A DNA stretch of 64,000 bases from Promethearchaeota archaeon (GCA_011364925.1 RDOA01000016.1:1-64000), one strand, 5' to 3'; shown: positions 18,399 to 28,169, counted from the first letter of the stretch. Translations and numbers: made by a program. The notes: generated by a model not told the origin, from the sequence alone.

Positions 18399-19814
18399 TC
18401 ATATTTTAGAATATTCCATCTGCTTTTTATCTTCTAGATATTTAATGTAATCGAGTTCTTTTTTGTTATGAATTTTAATCAATTCTGTTTTTTGTTCAAG
18501 CCATTCAGGACCATCTAAAGGATAAAATAGCATTATAATCGAGCTAAATATTAAAAATATAGCTGGAATAAGTGAGAATACAATCATGAGTCCCATTTGA
18601 GCAGAAAATGTTTGAGTAGTTTGTTGCTCAACGAATCCAAATCTGTCTATTATTACCACGAACAACCAATTTGCTACGGATATTGCGGGTTTCGTAATTA
18701 GTGCGTTTATTCCTGAATATGTAGTTTCTCTGCGCTTTCCTGTCCTCGTTTCGTCGTAGTCAACTATATCAGCGATTACTGCCTGGTTCGTAATCATGAA
18801 CCCTGAAAATCCAATACCAATAAGAATAAACCCAATAAGAGCAAAGCTAAAATTCCATCCAATAAAAAATGTCAAAAGGAAACTTGTTCCCGACAAAAAC
18901 AAAGCCAATACATAAGATTTTTTCACACCGTATTTCCTTATTAGTCTGTTGAAGACTATAAAGAAAACGAATATCATTACAAAAACCAATAACAATGGAA
19001 GCGTAGTTAGAAATCCAGTCAATTTTAACACAGATGATACATAAAAAAATATACCTGTGGTGAGCATCGTCTGAGCTAAAGTGAAAGAGAAATTGGAAAC
19101 CTCGTAAATCAAGAATGGGGCGTTTTTGAAAGTCTCTATAAATCCCTTAATCACGGGAAGACTATCTTCCATCTGCGTATATTTATTTTCTTTCAGATAG
19201 AAGCTACTTACGAATAATATTATTGCACAGATAACACCTACAATAATCATTGCGATGAGAAATTCCAGATATGCATTAGGCGATCCATTTACCGGTAAAA
19301 GTAAAAGGGGCAATACATAAGCGATAACATAAGAAACAGAAGATATTCCTGCTCCATATAATAATAAATTAGCTCTTTCCTTGGCCGTCAATGCCATTTC
19401 AGCGGGGAGAGTGAAATTTATAAGCCCTAATATTGTAAATAAAGTGTCAAAAATAAAAAGAACGGCAATTAAATTGAAAAATAGAGCGAATTGATCGTTA
19501 ACATCAACGAGAGGAATCCAGCAAAGAATAAATACAATTCCGTAGATTGGAGCACCAAAGCGAATATATGGAATTCTTCTGCCGTATTTCTCTGACTTTG
19601 TATGATCTTCGATAAATCCAAACAATGGGTCGTTGATCGCGTTCCAAAAGGAAAAAATTAACCAAGCGAGACCGGTTAGCTCAAAACTCAAACCCAGGGT
19701 CCTAGTGTAAAAAATTGTAAGAACTGAAAACGCAATTTGAGAGGGTAAACCGATACCTCCACCAAGACATCCATATGCGAGCTTCGATTTCAAGGGTAAT
19801 TTTTCATTTATCAT
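18399..19814 (-). CDS. MFS transporter, glycoside-pentoside-hexuronide (MelB-like) family
   Basis: WNAINDPLFG, YGRRIPY, ADIVDYDE.RTGKRRE; about 12 TM segments. Confidence 0.9.
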   Translation of the reverse strand: MINEKLPLKSKLAYGCLGGGIGLPSQIAFSVLTIFYTRTLGLSFELTGLAWLIFSFWNAINDPLFGFIEDHTKSEKYGRRIPYIRFGAPIYGIVFILCWIPLVDVNDQFALFFNLIAVLFIFDTLFTILGLINFTLPAEMALTAKERANLLLYGAGISSVSYVIAYVLPLLLLPVNGSPNAYLEFLIAMIIVGVICAIILFVSSFYLKENKYTQMEDSLPVIKGFIETFKNAPFLIYEVSNFSFTLAQTMLTTGIFFYVSSVLKLTGFLTTLPLLLVFVMIFVFFIVFNRLIRKYGVKKSYVLALFLSGTSFLLTFFIGWNFSFALIGFILIGIGFSGFMITNQAVIADIVDYDETRTGKRRETTYSGINALITKPAISVANWLFVVIIDRFGFVEQQTTQTFSAQMGLMIVFSLIPAIFLIFSSIIMLFYPLDGPEWLEQKTELIKIHNKKELDYIKYLEDKKQMEYSKI

Positions 19815-19989
19815 GGTCTAATGATAGTTACATAAATAAATGCAAGTTGATAAAAAATAGAAAAATAGGAAGTTTAAATATTTTGTTCGATCTAAAATCG
19901 AATCAAAAACGGAAAGAAGTATTGGAAACACTATAAAGACTAGTTAAAAATTACTAAAGTAAATTTTTCTTAAACCATTAATTCAAATA

Positions 19990-20640
19990 ATGATGGATAT
20001 AGCAGTTTTCCTTATTACATATGGAATTTTATTTATTGGTGAATTAGGTGATAAAACGCAATTAATCGTGTTTAACCTTGCTTTAGAGTATAAAAAGTTC
20101 TATAAGGTAGGAATCGGAGCGACTTTTGGGTTCGCTGTCATCGTAACTATAGGAATTCTTTTTGGATCTCTAATTACAGAGTTTATCCCTTTACAACTAA
20201 TTTCACTCATTTCTGGGCTATTGTTTATAGCAATTGGCCTATATGAATTGCGAGATATTAAATCGCTTTATATAAACGAGAGGAGACTGAAATCCAAAAC
20301 TGATTGTGTTTCTCAAGATACTAATGAACAAAAAGAAACATCGAAAAAAGCAAAAAAAATTGAATGGCTTAAGAGGAATCCATACCTTGCCGGGTTTGGT
20401 TTTATATTTATTATGGAACTAGGAGATAAAACCCAGCTCCTTACAATCACTTTGGCTTCAATTTATGCTACTCCTATCGAAGTATGGTTAGGTGCCTTTT
20501 TAGCTCTCATTAGTGTTGCCTGGATTGGAATATTTGCTGGTGGTTTTATAGCTAAAAAAGTTCCGAAATTTCATCTCAAGGTGATTGCGGTATCTATTTT
20601 TATTATTGTAGGTATACTGGTTTTATTAGGAGCTTTTTAG
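19990..20640 (+). CDS. TMEM165/GDT1 (UPF0016) Mn2+/Ca2+ transporter
   Basis: Two ELGDKTQ signature motifs. Confidence 0.92.
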   Translation: MMDIAVFLITYGILFIGELGDKTQLIVFNLALEYKKFYKVGIGATFGFAVIVTIGILFGSLITEFIPLQLISLISGLLFIAIGLYELRDIKSLYINERRLKSKTDCVSQDTNEQKETSKKAKKIEWLKRNPYLAGFGFIFIMELGDKTQLLTITLASIYATPIEVWLGAFLALISVAWIGIFAGGFIAKKVPKFHLKVIAVSIFIIVGILVLLGAF

Positions 20641-21431
20641 CTTTTTGACTTATTTATTTTTTTCCACTTCCAAGCGTATTTTATAGTATCCTGATTACAT
20701 GTTGCTACGCAAGTCCCACATAAGATACAATCAGCAGCGTACATATCTCCCGAATTTACTAACTCTTGGACATCCAATCCCATCACGCACGCTTTAGAGC
20801 ATTGTTTGCATTGAGTGCATTTCTCGGGATCAGCCTCTAGATGTAATGATGGATATCTTAGAAGGTTCATTATTTTAGTTCCGATAATTCCTAAAACACC
20901 CATTGGACAGGCGTAATTACAGAATGAACGATTGCCTCCAACTAATCCAAAAAGGATAACTACAGAGCTAATAATTCCGAAATAAAAAACTAATTGACCG
21001 ATTTGAAGTTCATTCCACGATACTATACCAGTTGGGTCTCCCGGTGTAGGATAATACGGGCTAAAACCATTGATATACCCTAACGATAGAATAGGACCTA
21101 GAGCCACAAAGACAATCCATATTATAAACACAATGTATTTTATTTTTCTTCTTTTATTTTTCTTAGACGCATCTAATTTTTTTGGTACCGCGTATCCTAG
21201 AAGTTCTTGAGTCGCTCCCCATTGGCATCCATAGGCACAGAAAGCTCTTCCTACGAAAAATGAAGATATAAACCATATTCCAAAGATTAAAAAGCTCATT
21301 GACATATAACCCTCAAACCCTCCCATAACTATAAGAACGGGAGACATCCAGTTAAATGTGATTGGTAATACAAAAAACCATAAGAAAGTTAGAAGCTTTC
21401 GAAATCTAAGCAATCTCTTGAATTGTCCCAA
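20637..21431 (-). CDS. Membrane-bound 4Fe-4S protein (NapH/YccM-like)
   Basis: GRAFCAYGC and RSFCNYACPMG motifs; two C-terminal 4Fe-4S motifs; TM helices. Confidence 0.85.
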   Translation of the reverse strand: MGQFKRLLRFRKLLTFLWFFVLPITFNWMSPVLIVMGGFEGYMSMSFLIFGIWFISSFFVGRAFCAYGCQWGATQELLGYAVPKKLDASKKNKRRKIKYIVFIIWIVFVALGPILSLGYINGFSPYYPTPGDPTGIVSWNELQIGQLVFYFGIISSVVILFGLVGGNRSFCNYACPMGVLGIIGTKIMNLLRYPSLHLEADPEKCTQCKQCSKACVMGLDVQELVNSGDMYAADCILCGTCVATCNQDTIKYAWKWKKINKSKS

Positions 21432-21954
21432 TTGAATTGCCTCCGTTTAAATTTTCTAATAATTCTGATGCCCAAGCTTTGACCCTAACTTTATTTCCAG
21501 TGAATTCTTGTTCTGCCTGATCTTGTGAAGTAAACTGAAATTTTATTTGTCCAATAACATCAGAACCTTTTAAAGCTTTCTTGAATCGTTCCATTGCCTT
21601 ATCACCTGATCCAGCGCTACAAGTTAAGAGCGCTACTTTTTTCTCGACTAGATTAAACATCGATAAAAAGGAACGTATTGGTGGGGTGATCGTCCAAGCC
21701 CAAACCGGAGTCCCTATAATCACTAGGTCATATTCCAATGGATTAACTTCAATAGGTTTTAATTTAGGTTTTATTTTCATTGTAGCTTGAGCCCCTCCCC
21801 ATACAAATTTCATCCCACTGTCGGGATTTAATTCTTTAATGGGCTGTATTTCAAGCAGGTCAGCTTCCATTGCATCTTTTAAGGTTTCTGCAATAAATCT
21901 CGTATTTCCCGTAAGGGAATAATACACTATCAATACTTTTTTCATTTTTAACAC
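21406..21954 (-). CDS. Flavodoxin
   Basis: YYSLTGNT phosphate loop; IGTPVWAW. Confidence 0.9.
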   Translation of the reverse strand: MLKMKKVLIVYYSLTGNTRFIAETLKDAMEADLLEIQPIKELNPDSGMKFVWGGAQATMKIKPKLKPIEVNPLEYDLVIIGTPVWAWTITPPIRSFLSMFNLVEKKVALLTCSAGSGDKAMERFKKALKGSDVIGQIKFQFTSQDQAEQEFTGNKVRVKAWASELLENLNGGNSIGTIQEIA

Positions 21955-21960
21955 CTCAAT

Positions 21961-22644
21961 TTATTTTTCTCTTGGTTTTAAACCTTCAGCTAAAATTTCG
22001 AAAGTAAAATCTATTATTTCGTCGAAATCCAATCCACGTCTTTTTACCATTTCAGAATTCTGCAATAAATCACTAATTATACCGCTTGTAATCGTTGAGA
22101 GGATATATCCGATCAAATTTGGATCTTTATCTATTCTTATAGCTTTAATTTTTATTGCGTCTCCTAAAATCTTGACAAATAGATCACGGTATTTATAATT
22201 TGAATTTAAATATTCCTTTTCTATTTGCGAAAGGCTTTCCTTAGGTTTAAAACTTACTTCAGGAATCTTTACGGCAATATCGTGGAATATAGACGAATAT
22301 GCGGGATAATCCTTGGTAAATTCATAAAACGCATAACCAATTGCCATAAGTTGGCTCAACCCAGGTTTCTCTTTGCTTGTAAATCTCTCAGTATATTCAC
22401 AAATTAATTCATAAGCTTTAATCCCTATAGCTAGATACAATTCGTCTTTAGATTTAAAATAATTATATAGCGTGCCTTTACTAAATTCAGATTGACGAGC
22501 TATCTCATCCATCGTAGTTTTTTCATACCCTTCAGAGAGAAAAAGCCTTTCAGTGGCCTCTAATATGATTTTTTTTCTTAATTCGGTTTCTCTCTGCTTT
22601 CGACTTTTTCTTATCTGCTTTTGATTATTCAAATTAATCACCAA
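21961..22644 (-). CDS. TetR/AcrR-family transcriptional regulator
   Basis: GYEKTTMDEIA...SKGTLYNYFKSKDEL. Confidence 0.92.
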   Translation of the reverse strand: MVINLNNQKQIRKSRKQRETELRKKIILEATERLFLSEGYEKTTMDEIARQSEFSKGTLYNYFKSKDELYLAIGIKAYELICEYTERFTSKEKPGLSQLMAIGYAFYEFTKDYPAYSSIFHDIAVKIPEVSFKPKESLSQIEKEYLNSNYKYRDLFVKILGDAIKIKAIRIDKDPNLIGYILSTITSGIISDLLQNSEMVKRRGLDFDEIIDFTFEILAEGLKPREK

Positions 22645-22672
22645 AATAAATAATGACTAATAGTTCAGTTTT

Positions 22673-22747
22673 TGACCAAGAGTCATTTAATTAAAATATA
22701 GTTAATTTTCTATTTAAACTTTTGGTTCAGAAAATGACCATCGGTCA
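22673..22747 (-). promoter_or_regulatory. Two TGAC-N5-GTCA palindromes flanking a TATA box; candidate TetR operators
   Basis: TGACCAAGAGTCA (22673-22685) and TGACCATCGGTCA (22735-22747); minus-strand TTTAAATA at 22718-22711. Confidence 0.65.
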
Positions 22748-22777
22748 AATATCATTAAAACATTAAAATTAGGAGAA

Positions 22778-23428
22778 TTAGTCGATTTTATAACTGTTTT
22801 CTTCCCAAGCTTTTCTCATTATGGAATTCTGTTTTAAATATTCATCAATCACTTCTTTTGAGACATTGTTTAATGGGCAACTAAAATTAGGACATTTTGA
22901 ACAACTTAAGAAGTGCATTGAGATGAGCCATACTACCGTAAAAATCAAAGATACCGCAAAATAGATGTACAAACCCACAAAAAGGAAAAGAGCTAGAGGA
23001 ATCCCCGCAAACAAGGTAATACCAATTATAAACTGAACCCTTTCAGAAACAGTCATGGGAGCGGGATTATACTTCCACGCTTTATAAAGCCCATAATTAG
23101 CATAGCATTTTAATGATTTTTCATCTTCAAAAGCATAATAAGGACAGTGACTACAGAGGATTTTATTCTCCCATACCTGGAAAAAAAATATTAAGAATCC
23201 AATATAGGCTATAGAGAATATAATTAACAGCGGAAAATCAATTTTACCAATAATAAAACCAAATGCTAAACCTAAAACCAACGTAACCCAAACGCCTAAA
23301 ACAGGAAGTATAAAGTACACAGTATCTTTAATGTTAAAGGTGCACATCAATTTACCATTTACAGTGCAATCAGAACATGCTGATTCGTCAAGGTTGCAGA
23401 TATTTCTTCTTGCATTTTTTTCTTTCAT
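22778..23428 (-). CDS. Cys-rich 4-TM membrane protein of unknown function
   Basis: CSDC, CSHCPYY and CSKCPNFSCPLN flanking hydrophobic segments. Confidence 0.65.
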   Translation of the reverse strand: MKEKNARRNICNLDESACSDCTVNGKLMCTFNIKDTVYFILPVLGVWVTLVLGLAFGFIIGKIDFPLLIIFSIAYIGFLIFFFQVWENKILCSHCPYYAFEDEKSLKCYANYGLYKAWKYNPAPMTVSERVQFIIGITLFAGIPLALFLFVGLYIYFAVSLIFTVVWLISMHFLSCSKCPNFSCPLNNVSKEVIDEYLKQNSIMRKAWEENSYKID

Positions 23429-23449
23429 AATACATTCTCTTCTTTATTA

Positions 23450-23923
23450 CTAAGATAAATAAACAATCTTCCTTGCTTTCATCGGATCTCTCATTTTTAG
23501 CAAGGGAACGGCGACGCCATAAGTTGAAATTTTATTAGGTATTTTAATACATATCCAAATATAATCCTGTGGGAGGTCCCTTTTATCAGAATGTTTCATG
23601 TATTTGGAATAAATCATTCTTGCTTGTTCGTTATCTTTAGGTTTGATCTCTGCTGTTGTTGTGAAGTATATTTCCGCTGGAGGAGCTGGAATGAGTTTGT
23701 GGAAAAGATTTTTTCTTATAGGGATTGTTACGGCGACTAGCTTATTTTTCCTAACATTATTTGCTTTTAAGGTATTTTCTCCCGTTTGACAAATGATAAG
23801 ATTACCGTCGCTTTGATAAACCATAACTGAACTGTTGGGGATATTCTTTTCGTCAGCTGTAGCTAATACTAACCACATATTTGATTTTATGAGCTTTTTA
23901 ACTTCTTGTTTTAAATCTTTCAT
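23450..23923 (-). CDS. Pyridoxamine 5'-phosphate oxidase-like split-barrel protein
   Basis: VLATADEKNIP...TLKANNVRKNKLVAVTI. Confidence 0.72.
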   Translation of the reverse strand: MKDLKQEVKKLIKSNMWLVLATADEKNIPNSSVMVYQSDGNLIICQTGENTLKANNVRKNKLVAVTIPIRKNLFHKLIPAPPAEIYFTTTAEIKPKDNEQARMIYSKYMKHSDKRDLPQDYIWICIKIPNKISTYGVAVPLLKMRDPMKARKIVYLS

Positions 23924-23952
23924 GTTTGAGATCCTTCGTTATTTCACAGAGC

Positions 23953-24573
23953 TTACTTGATCCTTTTTCTCTTGTTTTTCTTCTTCTTTCCAGGGCTTTC
24001 ATGTTCTTTTTCTTTTCGCTTGCTTTTAGGAAGTGTAGGCTCAAACGAGGGTGGACAGCACTCTAACATTATCTTCGAGAGCATTTCAAACATTTTTTCT
24101 ATGTCGCTCCTTGAAGTGATGCTGCACTCAACAAAGCCATTTAAACCGTGTAAATTAGCAAGTATCCTCCCCTCTTCAGAAGTAGCTTGTCTTTTAACTA
24201 CTGAATCCGGAGTAAGCCCAACCGCAATTATAGGGAATTTCTCCTCGTCACCAAGTTCTTTCTTAACTAATGAAAGCCAGAATTCAAGGTTAGTTAGTGA
24301 TGATTTCTCAGTCACATCGTAAACAAATAAACCTCCACGAGCGTGGCTGATATACTTAGGGAGCAAATCTCTAAATCTTCTTTCTCCACTAATGTCCCAG
24401 ACTTGCAATTTCACTTTAAAATTATCTACTGAAAGACTTTTCACTTCGAAATCTACGCCAAGTGAATCTGTTTGTCTAGAAGAAAACAAATTAATCATAT
24501 AATTGTTAGTGAGTGTCTTTTTTCCTTCAGTTTCGTCGCCAAATAATATGATTTTAAAATTAGCATCATACAT
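23953..24573 (-). CDS. Degenerate Rab-like small GTPase with a CC motif and polybasic C-terminal tail
   Basis: FKIILFG, LGVDF, KLQVWD and RFR Rab signatures; G1 GDETEGKKT; G4 and G5 degenerate; tail ...LECCPP...PGKKKKNKRKRIK. Confidence 0.85.
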   Translation of the reverse strand: MYDANFKIILFGDETEGKKTLTNNYMINLFSSRQTDSLGVDFEVKSLSVDNFKVKLQVWDISGERRFRDLLPKYISHARGGLFVYDVTEKSSLTNLEFWLSLVKKELGDEEKFPIIAVGLTPDSVVKRQATSEEGRILANLHGLNGFVECSITSRSDIEKMFEMLSKIMLECCPPSFEPTLPKSKRKEKEHESPGKKKKNKRKRIK

Positions 24574-24667
24574 CGGTTTGGTTACCTCGAATGTATAATA
24601 AATGTATCTTCTTAGTGTATATAACTTTTTATGAAAAACAGTTAATAAAAAAAAAGATATTTAATGT

Positions 24668-25174
24668 TTAAGCTGGATACGATTCTATCCATAGTGAAGA
24701 TTCTCTGATAAAGTTACCCAAATACTCTGTAAGGACAGTGACAGTAATATTATATATCCCTGGTGTGGTTAAGATAAAATAATGCTGTAGTGAGACAGTG
24801 GAATATTCATAATTAGTGTTGCTTTGATAACCACCAGTTCGAGCCCAAGGCATATTAGTTTGACGTACATCATTTATCATAAAATAAAAGATGAGATCAT
24901 AAAAACTAAGAGCATCACCGAGACATCTTGCGCTACAGGTAAATAATAGATGAAGTGAAACTGGACTATCTATTTCAAACACAATTGACAAATTTGGAAT
25001 CGGTATATAGACTAAATCAGGATTAGGTGTAAATGTAGCATCTTCATAGACATAATATGTTGTAGGTCCAGCAGGTCCTGTAGGTTGGTTGATATAGTTT
25101 ATTATTCCAAATCCTAATCCACTCGCTCCAACTAACAAACCTATTAATCCAAGGATTACTCCTCCTTTTCCCAT
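24668..25174 (-). CDS. Hypothetical protein with N-terminal membrane anchor and beta-rich domain
   Basis: Gly/Leu-rich N-terminal TM, PTGPAGP linker; 168-aa ORF with an upstream GAGG. Confidence 0.6.
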   Translation of the reverse strand: MGKGGVILGLIGLLVGASGLGFGIINYINQPTGPAGPTTYYVYEDATFTPNPDLVYIPIPNLSIVFEIDSPVSLHLLFTCSARCLGDALSFYDLIFYFMINDVRQTNMPWARTGGYQSNTNYEYSTVSLQHYFILTTPGIYNITVTVLTEYLGNFIRESSLWIESYPA

Positions 25175-25344
25175 AATACTATTACCTCATTAAGAAAGAA
25201 TGAACTTGTTTTTATTTTTAGTAGATTATACGATTCATTTGACTGTCTACAAATATAAACCTTTAGCTCATAATGTATAATAGAAAAAGGGTTTTTTTTA
25301 TAGAAAACTAAATAGGTTAAGATTTTAAACAAATTATTAAATAA

Positions 25345-25748
25345 CTATTGGTCCAAGCCAAATCCATTCTCGATTAATGTTTTTAACATCGCTGAAAACC
25401 TAGCTGCTGGAGCACCGTCTATAATATCGTGATCGAATAAGATCACTGTGTGAAGAACTTCTCTGATTTCAATTTTGTCTTCAATTACTCTGGGTTTTTT
25501 TGTAATAGCCCCTATTGGACTGCTTGTCCAATACATTTCAGTATCCAGCCAGTAAAGGATAAAGACATTCCTTTTTTTAATTTGTACTCTTTTAACAATT
25601 TTCTTCCATCAGTAACATCGAACTCTACTAAACCCTTAACATAATGCTTTTTAATTCCCTCTTCCATAATATCAATAACCATTTTACGATTTTTGGGGAA
25701 CTTTGTTACTTCGTATCTACCAATTGATTTCTTTGTTTTTCTAGCCAT
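25345..25748 (-). pseudogene. 2-oxoacid dehydrogenase E2-type acyltransferase catalytic domain, internally deleted and frameshifted
   Basis: N-part (EFDVT...SLSFTGWILKCIGQAV) joined out of frame to the C-part (IGAITKKP...FDHDIIDGAPAARF); the central part of the domain is missing. Confidence 0.8.
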
Positions 25749-25817
25749 TAAGATCCGCCTGTTGATAATTAATCTTGAAGGAATGATAATATCTCTGTTC
25801 AGTTAAATATCTCGTTT

Positions 25818-26300
25818 TTAAATATCAAAAATAAGAAAAAATTGAATGAACTTATTGGAGTAATCTCTAACTGACTTAAATGCGTTCTTCTCCAAGGTAA
25901 ATCCTCCTTCTTTCAATTTTAATTGAAGTACTGGTGGAAAAAAAGCTAAAGAAAACTTATATTTTCGGAAAAAATTAATCCAATCGTTGTTGGCATGAAT
26001 TTCTGTAGAACTTACGAGGTAACTTGATACAGAATTAATAACTAGCTTATTTTTATTGCATAATTCCGAAAATCTATCAAGCCAGCCTTGAATTTCCGGA
26101 CTTGGTATATTATTATTTTCGATATCATCTCCGATTATGAGAAAATCTAATTCTTCTTCAACCAGAAAAGCAGGATCAATCTTATCAACATTTCCTATTG
26201 ACACTTCAATATAGTCATCTAAGAATTCTTGGATGATTTCTGCTATTATCCTTGAAAATCCAATCCCTTCCTTGTGAATTATCCATAGTTTAATATTTAT
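25818..26300 (-). CDS. Degenerate flavodoxin-like fold protein (apparent ATA/ATT start)
   Basis: Frame stays open 32 codons upstream of the tracked GTG, giving INIKLWIIHKEGIGFSRIIAEIIQEFL...LDFLIIG, which parallels the flavodoxin beta1-alpha1...beta3 pattern. Confidence 0.55.
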   Translation of the reverse strand: MNIKLWIIHKEGIGFSRIIAEIIQEFLDDYIEVSIGNVDKIDPAFLVEEELDFLIIGDDIENNNIPSPEIQGWLDRFSELCNKNKLVINSVSSYLVSSTEIHANNDWINFFRKYKFSLAFFPPVLQLKLKEGGFTLEKNAFKSVRDYSNKFIQFFLIFDI

Positions 26301-26351
26301 TCACGCAATTCTATTTGAATTTCTTTCAATTGAAAATGATCGTTAAAAGAA

Positions 26352-27020
26352 CTATTGATTTGAAATTAAAAAAAAAAATTTTGTATTTTTGACCTTAATT
26401 TTAGGTTCTTCTCTGATGAGTGAGACAGACAGTATGAGAATCCATGATTGATAACCATATATCGTAATACGCTCAAACAATCCAAGTAATTCAATACCAT
26501 TCATCATTAGAACAGAAGTTAAAGCTCCAAAAGTTCCCATAATTAACACTACAACTATTGAGTAGATCAAAAATGATTTCCACTTCTTTTGCTTGTTAAA
26601 CCCTATCCCAATCATTAGTATTCCAAGGACAACCAATAAGATATTTACATATGTAAGATACTTATGCATCTCACCTGCGAAAGTTGCTGCCTCACCGAAA
26701 GGATCCATTGGAAAAATTGTTCCAGTTAGCGCCGAAAATATCCCTAAAAGACCAATAAAGATTCCTCCAAAAAACAGTAATTTACTCTTTCCAAAGCTAT
26801 AATGTAAAGCGATTCCAATAGCAAATAAAACTAACCCTACTGCCGCTATTAAAAATAACAAACTCAAAAGGATGCTATTTTCCGCACCTCTTTGAGTTAA
26901 TTCACTCACCGCATTGATAATTGGACTATATCCTGGAGTTATAATACTTCCAACAATATCATTTATTAAAAATACAATAGGACCAAAAATACCTCCTAAG
27001 TATAGATGTTTTTTATTCAT
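26352..27020 (-). CDS. DUF998-family membrane protein
   Basis: PGYSPIINAVSEL, FPMDP...MH, GLFERI. Confidence 0.8.
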   Translation of the reverse strand: MNKKHLYLGGIFGPIVFLINDIVGSIITPGYSPIINAVSELTQRGAENSILLSLLFLIAAVGLVLFAIGIALHYSFGKSKLLFFGGIFIGLLGIFSALTGTIFPMDPFGEAATFAGEMHKYLTYVNILLVVLGILMIGIGFNKQKKWKSFLIYSIVVVLIMGTFGALTSVLMMNGIELLGLFERITIYGYQSWILILSVSLIREEPKIKVKNTKFFFLISNQ

Positions 27021-27284
27021 TTTTTTAATATCACCACTTTTTTATTATTAAATATTATACAGATTGGGGCTCTAATAAGAGGATGTTCACTAATATGGAA
27101 AAAAAGACTAATACTAGGGATTTTCAAGAATTAATTGTTCTGGATAATTGAAATCTTAAGTATAAAAATTATAAAAATACATAAAATGGAGCATTTTAGA
27201 CTGATCTGGATATAATACAAAACAAAATTTACTGAATTTTTTCCTATCTAGTTGAAATTAGAAACAAGAATCTTATTCACCTAG

Positions 27285-28169
27285 TTATTTAGTTCTAAGT
27301 AATTGATCCACCCAACAGTCGTAATATTTTCCGTATAAAACAATATGTGGAACTACATCCTTAAATCCTTCGTCTTGTATCGTTTCCTGAATAGTTTGAG
27401 AGTCTTTGGAACTTTTTGCCCATGTGTGCATTGTAATAAAATTGGGTAAATTACTATAACTTAACACATAGGCAATATTTGAGGAGTATTTTTCGGTAAT
27501 ATGTTTTATAGTAGAATTTATATCAGTTCCCTCATGTAAAAATAGGTGAAAAACTGTTATAAAATTATTTTCTAATCTTGGAGTCCATTCAATAGTAAAC
27601 GAGGCTAAACTATCCTCCTTCATCCGATCCAACCGCTTTCTAGCAGTTTTTGGCGAGATTCCAACCTCTTCGGCGATATCCGCTATAGATTTCCTTGCAT
27701 CTCTATTTAAGGTCTTTAGAATTTTAAAATCAACACCAGTTAATGTTTCTGGTACTGTTAAGTAAGGAACATTTAAAATTCCTACAGTTGGATCACTGAT
27801 GTGAGCCGTACTTGACACAAAACTGTTAAAATCTTGAAGTTCTGTTATATTTCTTAGATATGCGACTATGTAGAGAAATTTACCGCCCGCAATTGCAACG
27901 AAATATATACTCTCATGTTGCCCTAACTCTTTACTAACATCATCCATCGATTTTGCATTAGAAGTACCAAAAGTAGAAACCCATAGACTTTTTAATGCAA
28001 CTACACTTGGTCGCGCAATAAAGGCATTGATAGACTCATCTTCTACGAGTTTCTTTATACGCTTATGTATTGCGCTGACTGTCATATCTGTAATCTCAGC
28101 CAACTCCCTGTAGGTCAAGCGAGAGTTTTCCATAAGTTTTCGAAGAATGATTAAATCTATCTCGTCCAT
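27285..28169 (-). CDS. Lrp/AsnC-family regulator with duplicated HTH-RAM units
   Basis: MDEIDLIIL...NSRLTYRELA...HKRIKKL and VDFKILKTLNRDARKSIADIA...RKRLDRM. Confidence 0.88.
   Translation of the reverse strand: MDEIDLIILRKLMENSRLTYRELAEITDMTVSAIHKRIKKLVEDESINAFIARPSVVALKSLWVSTFGTSNAKSMDDVSKELGQHESIYFVAIAGGKFLYIVAYLRNITELQDFNSFVSSTAHISDPTVGILNVPYLTVPETLTGVDFKILKTLNRDARKSIADIAEEVGISPKTARKRLDRMKEDSLASFTIEWTPRLENNFITVFHLFLHEGTDINSTIKHITEKYSSNIAYVLSYSNLPNFITMHTWAKSSKDSQTIQETIQDEGFKDVVPHIVLYGKYYDCWVDQLLRTK

Noticed and set aside
26352-26400. T11 run inside the 3' end of the DUF998 gene as a phase-variation site
   Set aside because: It affects only the last few residues; more simply a terminator tract overlapping the ORF end.
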